The notes beneath the pieces were generated by a model. The model had not been told where the DNA came from. It did no database searches and saw only the letters and a list, made by a program, of their open reading frames with translations. DNA of 49,336 nt from Escherichia phage FCWL1, in the sequence record PP558327; one strand, written 5' to 3'. The number at the start of each line of letters is the position of its first letter. Positions within the stretch are counted from its first letter, which is position 1. Below, piece by piece: positions 27,901 through 35,624 of the stretch. The position numbers and the translations under genes were made by a program.

Positions 27901-28383
27901 GAGGCAGCACTTTCTCAAAAACTTGATTCGTGGAGCAATGCAGATTCGACTGGTGCAATGTACGGCGTCAAGCTCGGTCTGAAGTATAACGGCCAAGAAT
28001 ACAGTGCAGGCATGGCTATGTCTCTGATTGGTTCCGGAGCTGCGGTTAAGGCGCAGATTTTGTTTGAGGCATCACGATTTGCCATCATGAATGGAATGAA
28101 TGGTCAGACTCAGTACCCATTCGTTGTTGAGAATGGCCAGGTTATTTTAAGTAGCGCGATTATCAAGAACGGATTCATCACGAATGCGATGATTGGTAAT
28201 GTTATTCAATCGAATAACTATGTCGTTAACAAGGCTGGCTGGATACTTGACAAGGGTGGAACATTAGAAAACTACGGAAGTGACGCTGAGGGTGCAATGA
28301 AGCAAACTAATACCACAATATCTGTTAGGGATGCGAGTGGTCGCCTGAGGGTTCAGATTGGCAGGTTGACTGGTTCATGGTAA
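24964..28383 (+). CDS. central tail fibre / host specificity protein (lambda J-like)
   Basis: 1139 aa; conserved J-family segment NPAWVLYDLMINQRYGLDQ...; fibronectin-like repeats; coiled-coil C-terminal region. Confidence 0.85.
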   Translation: MIQKVISGSKGGSPKPHNPVEMEDNLISINKIKILLAVSDGEIDETFSLKQLMFNSVPVQNEDGSFNFEGVKAEFRPGTQTQEYIKGMEDSSSEVTVNREVTTDNPYTISVTNKTLSAIRIKMFMPRGVRIESNGDKNGVRVEYEVQQAVDGGSFETVLTDVIEGKTMSGYDRSRRVNLPSFNNQVIFRVVRKTPDSNDSNVVDAIQVKSYAEVIDAKFRYPLTGLLFVEFDSKMFPNQLPTISIRKRWKIVSVPSNYDPESRTYNGNWDGTFKKAWTNNPAWVLYDLMINQRYGLDQKELGIAVDKWALYEAAQYCDQMVPDGKGGTEPRYLCDVIIQSQTDAYKVIRDICSIFRGMSFWNGESISVIIDRPREPAYIFTNDNVVNGDFSYTFASEKSMYTTCNVMFDDEQNMYQQDVEPVFDREATLRFGNNVTSITAIGCTRRSEANRRGRWILKTNLRSTTVNFATGLEGMIPTIGDVVAIADNFWSSNLTMNLSGRLLEVSGSQIFLPLRVDARAGDFIIVNKPDGKPVKRTISSVSADGKTIEVNIGFGFPVKPNTVFAIDRTDIALQQYVVTKIDKGDDDEEFTYKITAVEYDPNKYDEIDYGVNIDDRPTSIVEPDQIPRPENVQVSSESRIVQGMSVETMIVSWDKVPYAVFYDVQWRKDNGNWQNVPQTANKEVYVEGIYAGNYQVRVRSVAGSGTTSGWSNVVAATLTGKQGEPGGPINLTATDDVVFGIRTKWGFSDGSGDTAYTELQQSPDGTVDNASLLSLIPYPQHEYYHSPMPGGNIVWYRVRTVDRIGNVSQWTDFVRGMASTNVDDIIGEISVDIENSPGYEWLVDNATDNAAQNAANAEAAIENALANDKDAIYMKKENGKRKAEYTKSLKLIADETQARVTAIEQLKASFGDQISASNSELREVIATETGALSREIDQLRAEIGDDIQASLTDIREAIANETEARTQADLSLSARLGNNEAALSQKLDSWSNADSTGAMYGVKLGLKYNGQEYSAGMAMSLIGSGAAVKAQILFEASRFAIMNGMNGQTQYPFVVENGQVILSSAIIKNGFITNAMIGNVIQSNNYVVNKAGWILDKGGTLENYGSDAEGAMKQTNTTISVRDASGRLRVQIGRLTGSW

Positions 28384-28389
28384 TATCAA

Positions 28390-28415
28390 GGGCATCGAGA
28401 GATGCTCTTTTCTTT
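28390..28415 (+). terminator. hairpin (GCATC-GAGA-GATGC) + T-rich tract
   Basis: Stem-loop with GNRA-type loop and TCTTTTCTTTT; RBS of next gene abuts. Confidence 0.45.
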
Positions 28416-28428
28416 TGGAGGATTTATT

Positions 28429-28734
28429 ATGGCGTACGGTATATCAACTTGGGACGCAAATGGCGTTTATAATAACTATGGAATTAAGCCTGTTACGGTT
28501 GTTGGTTGGAACTTTTTGTCAGCAGGACAGAATTCAGCATCGTTCAGCTATCAAGTTCCTCCTGGTATGCATGTGAACTACGTTATAAGCCTTGACAATG
28601 GCGCCATTAGTGGGCCTGGCAGGAAAATTATTGCTAGCGGTAATACGATAACAGTAACGCCAACAAACTCACCCGGGCCAAACGTGTACCCATCATCAAA
28701 CTGTTACTTAATAGCATATCTGGAGAATGATTAA
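28429..28734 (+). CDS. tail-associated protein (paralog pair member 1)
   Basis: N-terminus MAYGISTWDANGVYN resembles that of next gene (MSYGAFIDVNGNPFI). Confidence 0.45.
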   Translation: MAYGISTWDANGVYNNYGIKPVTVVGWNFLSAGQNSASFSYQVPPGMHVNYVISLDNGAISGPGRKIIASGNTITVTPTNSPGPNVYPSSNCYLIAYLEND

Positions 28735-29423
28735 TGTCATACGGTGCTTTTATAGATGTAAACGGAAACCCATTCATAACCCCGTTATCCACGCCATTCG
28801 CCTTATATGAGAGAGGGGAAATTCAATCAGTAAATGTTAGTGGTTCACAGGTTGCGGAGAGATATGTTCGGATACCTACAGGTGTTCCGGTTATAGCTTT
28901 TTGCAAAACAACAAACACGCAGCAGGGGACCGCGCTTTCAGCCTTTACTTTCAGAAGCGGACCCAATGTTGGAACTGTTTATATAAGGGGGACAAATCCA
29001 GCAAACCAATCATACACGCTAACATACTACATATTTGCCATATTTGAGCAGTCACTACCGAGCTGGGGTATGGCAATATGGGATTCGTCAGGAAAGCTAG
29101 TGCTGACAAATGAGACAAAAGTCCTTAGTGATTTGGTTACAATCGGCACTCCTGGATACGCTGGAGGTGGATTAAACATAGACACAACACTCAGCGGAAG
29201 CTACGCAGTTGTTCCAACTATACTTGGCAACTATCAAATTGTTATTGGCAGGCTGCCAACTGGGCAACCCATAATAGGAAACTCAACAGCAGGCAGCTCA
29301 TGCAGATACAACGGGAGCACAACGAGAATAAATGCAGCAGCAACCACTGCGGCAGGTCGGATATTGAACACCACGAATAATGGAAATATTATAACAGCAA
29401 TAAAAACGGCAGCATACGACTAA
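28734..29423 (+). CDS. tail-associated protein (paralog pair member 2)
   Basis: 229 aa, Gly/Thr/Asn-rich, last gene of tail module. Confidence 0.45.
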   Translation: MSYGAFIDVNGNPFITPLSTPFALYERGEIQSVNVSGSQVAERYVRIPTGVPVIAFCKTTNTQQGTALSAFTFRSGPNVGTVYIRGTNPANQSYTLTYYIFAIFEQSLPSWGMAIWDSSGKLVLTNETKVLSDLVTIGTPGYAGGGLNIDTTLSGSYAVVPTILGNYQIVIGRLPTGQPIIGNSTAGSSCRYNGSTTRINAAATTAAGRILNTTNNGNIITAIKTAAYD

Positions 29424-29446
29424 GCCCCTTTCGGGGCTTTTCTTTT
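29422..29446. terminator. terminator hairpin (AAGCCCC-TTTC-GGGGCTT) between convergent genes
   Basis: GC stem with T-tract downstream on + strand; sits between tail module end and antisense lipoprotein gene. Confidence 0.6.
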
Positions 29447-29672
29447 ACATCGAGCAATCGTGAGACTTGAAGTTATTCTCTGATACGTAATGGAATGAGA
29501 ATGGATACCCAGCACGTAACAGCATCTCATCACCGCGCATCTTTGATCCAAAAACGGAAACCGAGTACTCTGCGTCACCTGATTCATAAATCGCAGTACA
29601 AGTGCGCTCAGGCATCGATGAGCAACCAGTCAGGATGAATGCCGCAGCAATAATGGTGATTAATTTTTTCAT
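29445..29672 (-). CDS. outer-membrane lipoprotein, Cor/Llp-like superinfection-exclusion candidate
   Basis: Only minus-strand gene; N-terminus MKKLITIIAAAFILTGCSS is a lipoprotein signal with lipobox LTGC; GAGGA SD; own sigma70-like promoter; adjacent to receptor-binding tail genes. Confidence 0.5.
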   Translation of the reverse strand: MKKLITIIAAAFILTGCSSMPERTCTAIYESGDAEYSVSVFGSKMRGDEMLLRAGYPFSFHYVSENNFKSHDCSM

Positions 29673-29701
29673 TTGCATGTCCTCGTCGTTAGTGTGATTG
29701 C

Positions 29702-29730
29702 ATTGTATGTCGCATTTACTTTTATTGCAA
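29702..29730 (-). promoter_or_regulatory. sigma70-like promoter for antisense lipoprotein gene (TTGCAA - 17 bp - TACAAT on minus strand)
   Basis: -35/-10 hexamers with 17-bp spacer read on minus strand, about 25 nt upstream of start codon. Confidence 0.45.
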
Positions 29731-29749
29731 TAGCGCAATTACAATTTTT

Positions 29750-30170
29750 TTTCGTGTAACGGGTGTCTATTTTTGTAACTGGAGATGGTGTTACAAAATC
29801 TACCCAATCCGAACGCAGGTAGATATGATAAAAACTCTATATAATATATATAGATAGATAATATTTAATTTTAGCTTTATATATATAATTATTGTTGTGT
29901 AACAGTTGTCTATCGTGTAACTGGTGATTTGATTGATTCGTCAAATTTCTATCATATATGTTCAAAATTTAATCAATATGGATTCTACTTGTAGCTATCC
30001 CTGTATTTCTAAGAAAAAGCGGTTACAAGTATTACACAGTAGACATCACATAAAAATAGACTTAAGCCATTGATTCCGTTAATGCTGGTTGTAACTTGAG
30101 CGATATAGACACGCTATTACACACCAATTACATGTATCCGATTGACTAAACGCTGTTAATGGCTATAATG
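29750..30170. repeat. AT-rich control region with flanking ~28-bp direct repeats (GTGTAAC-N3-TGTCTAT-N-GTAACTGG), candidate origin/early promoter region
   Basis: Direct repeats at ~29753-29782 and ~29896-29924 bracket an AT core containing CTATATAATATATATAG (identical to 225-241); TTACACAC/ATAGACA motifs. Confidence 0.5.
30142..30169 (+). promoter_or_regulatory. sigma70-like promoter (TTGACT - 16 bp - TATAAT) for recombination operon
   Basis: Near-consensus hexamers about 30 nt upstream of exonuclease gene. Confidence 0.5.
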
Positions 30171-30200
30171 GATTCATCGTAAACGAGGGAGATAAACGCA

Positions 30201-31265
30201 ATGTTCCAGGTGTTCACATCAAGTCAGCTTTCTAATGACGAGTATCATAGCAACGAAGGTTGGGCGGCAGAGTATGTAAGCGGTTCTAGCCTTGCAGAAA
30301 TTTATCAGACTTGCCCGGCTAACTGGAGATTCAAGAAGAATGAGACAACGAAGGCGCTGGAGTTTGGTACTCAGTCGCATACCAACTTTGAGAGCCGAGA
30401 TCTGTTTACTGCAACGTATGCACGTTGTCCGGCTCCGTCAGAGTTCAAGGATCTGATTACGTCACAAGCCGCACTGGCTGCAAAATTAAAATCTTTCGGC
30501 CTGAAAGGTACATCCGGTAAGCAGTACCCGGACCTCATCAAGATGATGGTTGATTGCGGTGAAGAGCTAAACGTCCAATATCTGATCGAGTTGATTGCGG
30601 AAGCAGAGGCGCGCTCTGAAGGAAAGAAATTGGTTGACGCTGACAAATACGACGCTTGCATGAAGATGAGAGCAATCCTTGAACAAAATCCTGATCACGA
30701 AGCGTGCATCAACAGTGAAACGGCGCAGCGTGAGATTTCAATCTTCGGTGAGATATCCGGCGTCAAGGTTAAGGTTCGACTTGACCATCTGGACTACAAA
30801 GAGAATGTTCCAGGTCGTGTCCTGACTGGTTATGATGAGAATGGAGATCCGGTATTCGAAGATGTTATTTTCCCTGAAGCACTGATTATCACTGACTTCA
30901 AAACAACAATGAGCGCCAACCCGTTAGAGTTCCCGAGACTGGCATACAATCACGGGTATTATCTGAAAATGGCCTTGCAGCATGATCTGCTACGACGCGC
31001 AATCCAGGCTGGCGCTTTTGAAGGCAACTTCCCGGAAGATATCCCGATCGTAGTTCGATTGCTGGCTCAGGAGAAAAAAGAGCCTTACATCGCACTTGCT
31101 TACCGTATGACTATGGAGCAAATCAGGATCGGTCGTAGCCAGTATGTTAGCGTAGTCCACACTTACAAGGCTTGCTCTGAAATGGATGTTTGGCCTGGGT
31201 ACGCTGGCGACGCAAGCGAGATTGAACTTGAAACGCCATCATGGGTGCGTTACCAAAATAAGTAA
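30201..31265 (+). CDS. PD-(D/E)XK exonuclease (RecE/lambda Exo-like recombination exonuclease)
   Basis: Motifs RLDHLDY...IITDFKTT (D...D/ExK); first gene of operon with ERF and SSB. Confidence 0.6.
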   Translation: MFQVFTSSQLSNDEYHSNEGWAAEYVSGSSLAEIYQTCPANWRFKKNETTKALEFGTQSHTNFESRDLFTATYARCPAPSEFKDLITSQAALAAKLKSFGLKGTSGKQYPDLIKMMVDCGEELNVQYLIELIAEAEARSEGKKLVDADKYDACMKMRAILEQNPDHEACINSETAQREISIFGEISGVKVKVRLDHLDYKENVPGRVLTGYDENGDPVFEDVIFPEALIITDFKTTMSANPLEFPRLAYNHGYYLKMALQHDLLRRAIQAGAFEGNFPEDIPIVVRLLAQEKKEPYIALAYRMTMEQIRIGRSQYVSVVHTYKACSEMDVWPGYAGDASEIELETPSWVRYQNK

Positions 31266-31339
31266 ACGGCACAAATAGCTAAACAAATAATTAATGAGGT
31301 GTTATAATGCACCTCATACACCAATCAGGAGAAGTTAAG

Positions 31340-31987
31340 ATGCAATTATCACCAGAAACAAACGAAATTCTTCCCGCACTGTTCAATGCTCGCAACAAAT
31401 TTGCTAAAGCAAAGAAGGACGCAAAAAACAATCACCTGAAAAATTCATACGCAACCCTTGATGCAATGATGGCGGCCGTTAGCCCGGCGCTCACCGATAA
31501 CGATATTATGATCCTGCAATCAATGCTGGACACCAGCACGGAAACAACCTTCCATCTTGAAACGATGCTGATTCACAAATCCGGGCAATGGGCCAAGTTC
31601 TTCATGATGATGCCTATTGCAAAGCGCGATCCTCAAGGTGTAGGCTCAGCGATGACGTATGCGCGGCGTTACTCATTAGCCGCAGCGCTGGGGATTAGCC
31701 AGAGTGATGACGATGCTCAGCTTGCAGTGAAATCTGTCAAGGACTGGAAAAAAGAACTTGATGCGTGTGAAGATATCGAATCACTGAAAGAGGTATGGGC
31801 TAACGCTTACCGCCAGACGGACACGGCAAGCAAGTCAATCATTCAGGATCACTACAACGCACTTAAGGCTAAGTTTGAGATCGGTAAAGCTCGTGGTATT
31901 CGCCCGGCGCAACCGGAGCAGAAAAAACAGGTTGAAGCAACGAGCGCGAAGCCTGTACAATCTCAATCAATCACCAACTTCGAATAA
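31340..31987 (+). CDS. erf: ERF-family single-strand annealing protein
   Basis: Conserved ERF signature ...GSAMTYARRYSLAAALGI...; RBS AGGAGAAG. Confidence 0.7.
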   Translation: MQLSPETNEILPALFNARNKFAKAKKDAKNNHLKNSYATLDAMMAAVSPALTDNDIMILQSMLDTSTETTFHLETMLIHKSGQWAKFFMMMPIAKRDPQGVGSAMTYARRYSLAAALGISQSDDDAQLAVKSVKDWKKELDACEDIESLKEVWANAYRQTDTASKSIIQDHYNALKAKFEIGKARGIRPAQPEQKKQVEATSAKPVQSQSITNFE

Positions 31988-32033
31988 TCATCAGGACGGC
32001 TTCGGTCGCCCATAAATTTTAGGAGAGAAAATC

Positions 32034-32447
32034 ATGCATATTATCACTGGAGAGATCCGAAAAGAACCTAAGATTCTTGAACGTAACGGCGGGAATACTT
32101 ATATAATCGAACTGGCAGAGAGCTACAAGCCTCGAGATGGAGATCGAGAATACACCAACTACACATTCTTTTTTAGCGACGGTGGAAAGCCTGGCCTTGC
32201 TGACTGGTATCGTGAAGCATTCCAGGTTGGTCGCGTCGTATCAGTATCATGCGAGACGTTGAAGATCTCATCCCGTGAACACAATGGAACGGTTTACAAT
32301 TCATTGCAGGCCGCTGACTTCCCGAAGTTGGTATTTAGTCAACGAGGACAAAGCAATCAACAACGAGCACCGCAGCAACAACAGCGAACGCAATCACAGC
32401 CACAGCCAAATCCTCAATCAACTTTCGATGATGATATCCCGTTCTAA
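32034..32447 (+). CDS. ssb: single-stranded DNA-binding protein
   Basis: OB-fold-sized N-domain, Gln/Pro-rich linker, C-terminal acidic tip DDDIPF identical to bacterial SSB tails. Confidence 0.8.
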   Translation: MHIITGEIRKEPKILERNGGNTYIIELAESYKPRDGDREYTNYTFFFSDGGKPGLADWYREAFQVGRVVSVSCETLKISSREHNGTVYNSLQAADFPKLVFSQRGQSNQQRAPQQQQRTQSQPQPNPQSTFDDDIPF

Positions 32448-32453
32448 CAAAAA

Positions 32454-32474
32454 TCCCCGCAATGCGGGGATTTT
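32454..32474 (+). terminator. intrinsic terminator after ssb
   Basis: TCCCCGC-AAT-GCGGGGA hairpin + T4. Confidence 0.5.
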
Positions 32475-32475
32475 A

Positions 32476-33981
32476 ATGGCTTTATATCGACGCGGTACTG
32501 CATCAATGGATGCAGACGGAACGGTTCACGGAACCGATACAAAATGGAAAGACCAGCTTGCTCTTATTCGCGTAGGTGCAACTATCGTGTTCCTTGAGCA
32601 ACCAATTAAGCTAGCTGTGATTAGCGATATCGTTAGTGATACAGAATTAAAGGCTATCTCTACTGATGGTCAGACTGCCGATGACGGTAAGTATGTGATC
32701 CTACTTAATGACTCTCTAACCGTTAACGGATTAGCTCAAAACGTCGCCGAGACTCTTCGATACTATCAAAGCAAAGAGACTGAGATTGCGGCAGCTATAG
32801 ACCTGATAAATCAGCTTGATATGAATAAACTTGAGCAAATAGTTGCTGATGTGAATCAGGCGAAATCTGATTCTCAAGCTGCGCAAAATCAGGCTGAATT
32901 AGCGCGTGACGATGCGGTAAGCTCAAAAGATGCGGCTGCGGTAAGTGCTCAAGAAGCAAAAGACGCAGCTAACAGCATCAATGCTGAAAATCTTTTAACT
33001 AAGGATGGCAATTTAGCTGGTCTTGAGGATAAAAAAGAGTCAAGAAAAAATATTGGGTTAGGTGAAAATGATGCTGTTAACTTTCTTGCTATTAACACCA
33101 CTGGCGCTATAGGTGCAGGAAGGAATTCATGGGACGGTTCTAGCTGGGGTAGTCAGTCCATATTGTCATCATTGATGATTATGTCACCTGATGGAATATC
33201 TACGCCAGGTATTTACGTCAGAAAAGAACGTAGCGATAATGGTTATGCTGGGGCTTTATTATTTTATGAGGGGGCAAACTACTTCGAGACTAACAATAGA
33301 TTCAGAGCTAATCAGTTTTTATGCCAGAAAACATCTATGGGTTACAACCAGATGTGGTCTGCTTCATGCTTCCAGGGTAATGCTTACACCGCTGATAGTG
33401 GTGCTGAAAACTATCAATCACTTATTGCTGGATCGTGTGGCACCAGAGGTCAGGGATACGTTGGCGGCGTAGCATTTGGCATGATGACTACGGGTAATCC
33501 TGAATGGCCCAGGGCACAAATATCAGTAGGCACTCAAGATAGGGATGGAGCAGGCAATATTGGTCTGCAAATGCATTTCAGGTTTATGGCTTCAGGGCAA
33601 ATATCTTACGCTGGACCGCAAGGGGCTGGAAGTTTCCAACAGGTTCCGGCATCTGACAGAAATATAAAGCACGGCATAAAGGATGATGAATCAAGCATTG
33701 CATACAACAACATAAAATCAATGAGATTTAGGAACTTTATATTTAACGATGATGAGCAAGAAAGGGTAAGGAGAGGTGTTATAGCTCAGGAGATAGAAGA
33801 GATCGACAATCTATATGTTAAGAGAAGGGTGTATGAGAGCCACGAGCTAAACGGGCCAAAAGTTGAAAGGCTTGAGCTTGATACAACTCCTTTATTGCTT
33901 GACACTATGAGAGCTTTACAGGATACAATAAAGAAAGTTGAAGAGTTACAAGAAGAGATAAAAATGTTGAAGTCCAAATGA
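32476..33981 (+). CDS. side tail fibre with C-terminal intramolecular chaperone (peptidase S74-like) domain
   Basis: C-terminal ASDRNIKHGIKD...IAQEIEEI... coiled-coil matches auto-cleaving chaperone domains of tail fibres/endosialidases; start placed after terminator (track ORF 32275 over-extended across ssb). Confidence 0.65.
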   Translation: MALYRRGTASMDADGTVHGTDTKWKDQLALIRVGATIVFLEQPIKLAVISDIVSDTELKAISTDGQTADDGKYVILLNDSLTVNGLAQNVAETLRYYQSKETEIAAAIDLINQLDMNKLEQIVADVNQAKSDSQAAQNQAELARDDAVSSKDAAAVSAQEAKDAANSINAENLLTKDGNLAGLEDKKESRKNIGLGENDAVNFLAINTTGAIGAGRNSWDGSSWGSQSILSSLMIMSPDGISTPGIYVRKERSDNGYAGALLFYEGANYFETNNRFRANQFLCQKTSMGYNQMWSASCFQGNAYTADSGAENYQSLIAGSCGTRGQGYVGGVAFGMMTTGNPEWPRAQISVGTQDRDGAGNIGLQMHFRFMASGQISYAGPQGAGSFQQVPASDRNIKHGIKDDESSIAYNNIKSMRFRNFIFNDDEQERVRRGVIAQEIEEIDNLYVKRRVYESHELNGPKVERLELDTTPLLLDTMRALQDTIKKVEELQEEIKMLKSK

Positions 33982-34002
33982 AATATAAACTCCTTAAGTA
34001 AA

Positions 34003-34017
34003 TAGCACGAATTGCTA
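34003..34017. promoter_or_regulatory. palindrome TAGCA-CGAAT-TGCTA upstream of primase gene
   Basis: Perfect operator-like palindrome just downstream of tail fibre stop. Confidence 0.45.
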
Positions 34018-34081
34018 AACACAGATTTTATCATCGCGCCACGAGTCTTGCAACGGGCAATAAAAAACCGCCCGAAGGCGG

Positions 34082-35002
34082 ATGATGTTTCAGAAAGAGG
34101 ACGTTTTGCCGTACATGAAGGGGTTATGGCGCGAGGCTTTCCAATCAATCTGCGGATTGCCGAATGATGTTTTTAATAAGAAACACCAACCTTGCCCTAA
34201 CTGCGGGGGTAAGGACCGCTTTCGCTGGACTGATAACCTTAACACTCCGGGCGACGGCGGTGCGATCTGCAACTCATGCGGTAACGACTCTGGAGTCGGT
34301 TGGTTGATTAAATTAACTGGTATGCCGTACAGCGAATGTATAAATATCCTGGGAAGATTTCTCGGCAAGGTTCCGCAGGAATACATTGTCAAGGTCAACA
34401 AAAAAGCGCGAAGAACTCCGGTAGCTGGCGTCAATGTTATGATGGCAGAACACGAGGCAGTGATGAAAGTTATGGAGCGCACAGAGAAGCGCATAAACAC
34501 ACCTCTAAGCATGTTTGAGTCGCTACCTACTGAATCATTCGACGTTGGCGTAAAACGTCGAGAGGATGGCGGCGAGAGTGTATTTCACACCATACCATGT
34601 CAACTTGTACACGAGGACGGTCTTGATGAAGAGTTTTGCAATATTTTGATTATTGATGAGGAGGGTAGGGAGTCATTTTATGCAAAGAAATACACAAGTT
34701 GCTCGGTTGCCGTGACTGGTAAAACTGAAAAAGCGATCTACTTATGCCTTAATTGGATTGATGCTCAGCATATTGCATTTCACACAAAGCAAGAGGTATG
34801 GGCCTGCTTCACTCCTGAAAATCTAGAAATGGTTGCGTACAGATACAAGGGAGATCGGGAGGTAAGGGTGGCGTGCGAACCATCTGATAAAGAAACTTTA
34901 TACATGGCAGACGACAGACAATTAAAAATAATCATCCCGAATCAGGGAGGATACCGCTCAGGAATGCAAGCTAAGTTATTCTCAGCAAGTGATCTACTAT
35001 AA
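34082..35002 (+). CDS. primase-type zinc-ribbon protein (putative DNA primase)
   Basis: CPNCGGKDRFRW...GDGGAICNSCG Zn-ribbon typical of phage primase N-termini; start codon uncertain (hairpin directly upstream, no SD). Confidence 0.5.
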   Translation: MMFQKEDVLPYMKGLWREAFQSICGLPNDVFNKKHQPCPNCGGKDRFRWTDNLNTPGDGGAICNSCGNDSGVGWLIKLTGMPYSECINILGRFLGKVPQEYIVKVNKKARRTPVAGVNVMMAEHEAVMKVMERTEKRINTPLSMFESLPTESFDVGVKRREDGGESVFHTIPCQLVHEDGLDEEFCNILIIDEEGRESFYAKKYTSCSVAVTGKTEKAIYLCLNWIDAQHIAFHTKQEVWACFTPENLEMVAYRYKGDREVRVACEPSDKETLYMADDRQLKIIIPNQGGYRSGMQAKLFSASDLL

Positions 35003-35051
35003 AAATTCTTCGTTCACTTCCAGATCTCCAAAATAAAAAACGCGTAGAAGG

Positions 35052-35531
35052 ATGTTAACCCGCTACGCGTCGTTTGTTATGAGTATTCAACGTATCGCAG
35101 AGTCAACTGGTGAAATCGATAAACGTCACATCAATGGTAACAACGGAACACGACGCGGTAAAGATAAAAAGCCTCGACAGCGCTGCGGCTTCTATATTCA
35201 TAAAGAAGAAACACGCGCCGGATTGCGAGCGCGACTTGATGCGCTTATCGAATATTATGGTGGCCCTGCGGCCTGCGCAAAAGCTCTAAAGGTTAGCAAT
35301 CAGACGGTGCAAGGCTGGAAAGAACGCAACATGATTTCGTGGCAAGGTGCTGAAGCTGCGCATCGTGCTTACCGACGACAGGGGTGTAAAGGATTTCGTG
35401 CCGCATGGTTGCGATTCGACCTGAAGTTTGACGGTAACGGCAAGTGCCTTGAGAAGCGATGCAAGAACAAGAAATTTATGCGCGTCGTGAAGAAGGAAGA
35501 TATCGGGACGACCAATAGCATTTTTAGTTAA
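35052..35531 (+). CDS. HTH DNA-binding protein (Cro/YdaS-like), candidate regulator
   Basis: Segment YGGPAACAKALKVSNQTVQGWKERNMISWQGAEAA matches Cro/YdaS-type helix-turn-helix pattern; start uncertain. Confidence 0.4.
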   Translation: MLTRYASFVMSIQRIAESTGEIDKRHINGNNGTRRGKDKKPRQRCGFYIHKEETRAGLRARLDALIEYYGGPAACAKALKVSNQTVQGWKERNMISWQGAEAAHRAYRRQGCKGFRAAWLRFDLKFDGNGKCLEKRCKNKKFMRVVKKEDIGTTNSIFS

Positions 35532-35543
35532 CTTAATTCTCCT

Positions 35544-35586
35544 ATAGCACTTTTTGCTAAAAACGTTTACTGTATGCCGTGTATTA
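35544..35586 (+). promoter_or_regulatory. promoter cassette (TAGCA-CTTTT-TGCTA, 9-bp hairpin, TATTAT)
   Basis: Perfect palindrome, 22-bp spacer, AACGTTTAC/GTAAACGTT hairpin enclosing TATTAT; upstream of helicase. Confidence 0.5.
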
Positions 35587-35624
35587 TAGCGTAAACGTTA
35601 CAACGATTCAAAGGATTAATAGAC

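Noticed and set aside
28429-29423. Calling the two post-J ORFs lambda Stf/Tfa side fibre and assembly chaperone
   Set aside because: No recognisable Tfa-like motifs; only the similar N-termini and the position support a tail association, so they are left as tail-associated hypotheticals.
32275-32475. N-terminal 67 codons of the track ORF 32275-33981
   Set aside because: Overlaps the ssb gene in another frame and runs through an intrinsic terminator; the fibre gene starts at ATG 32476.
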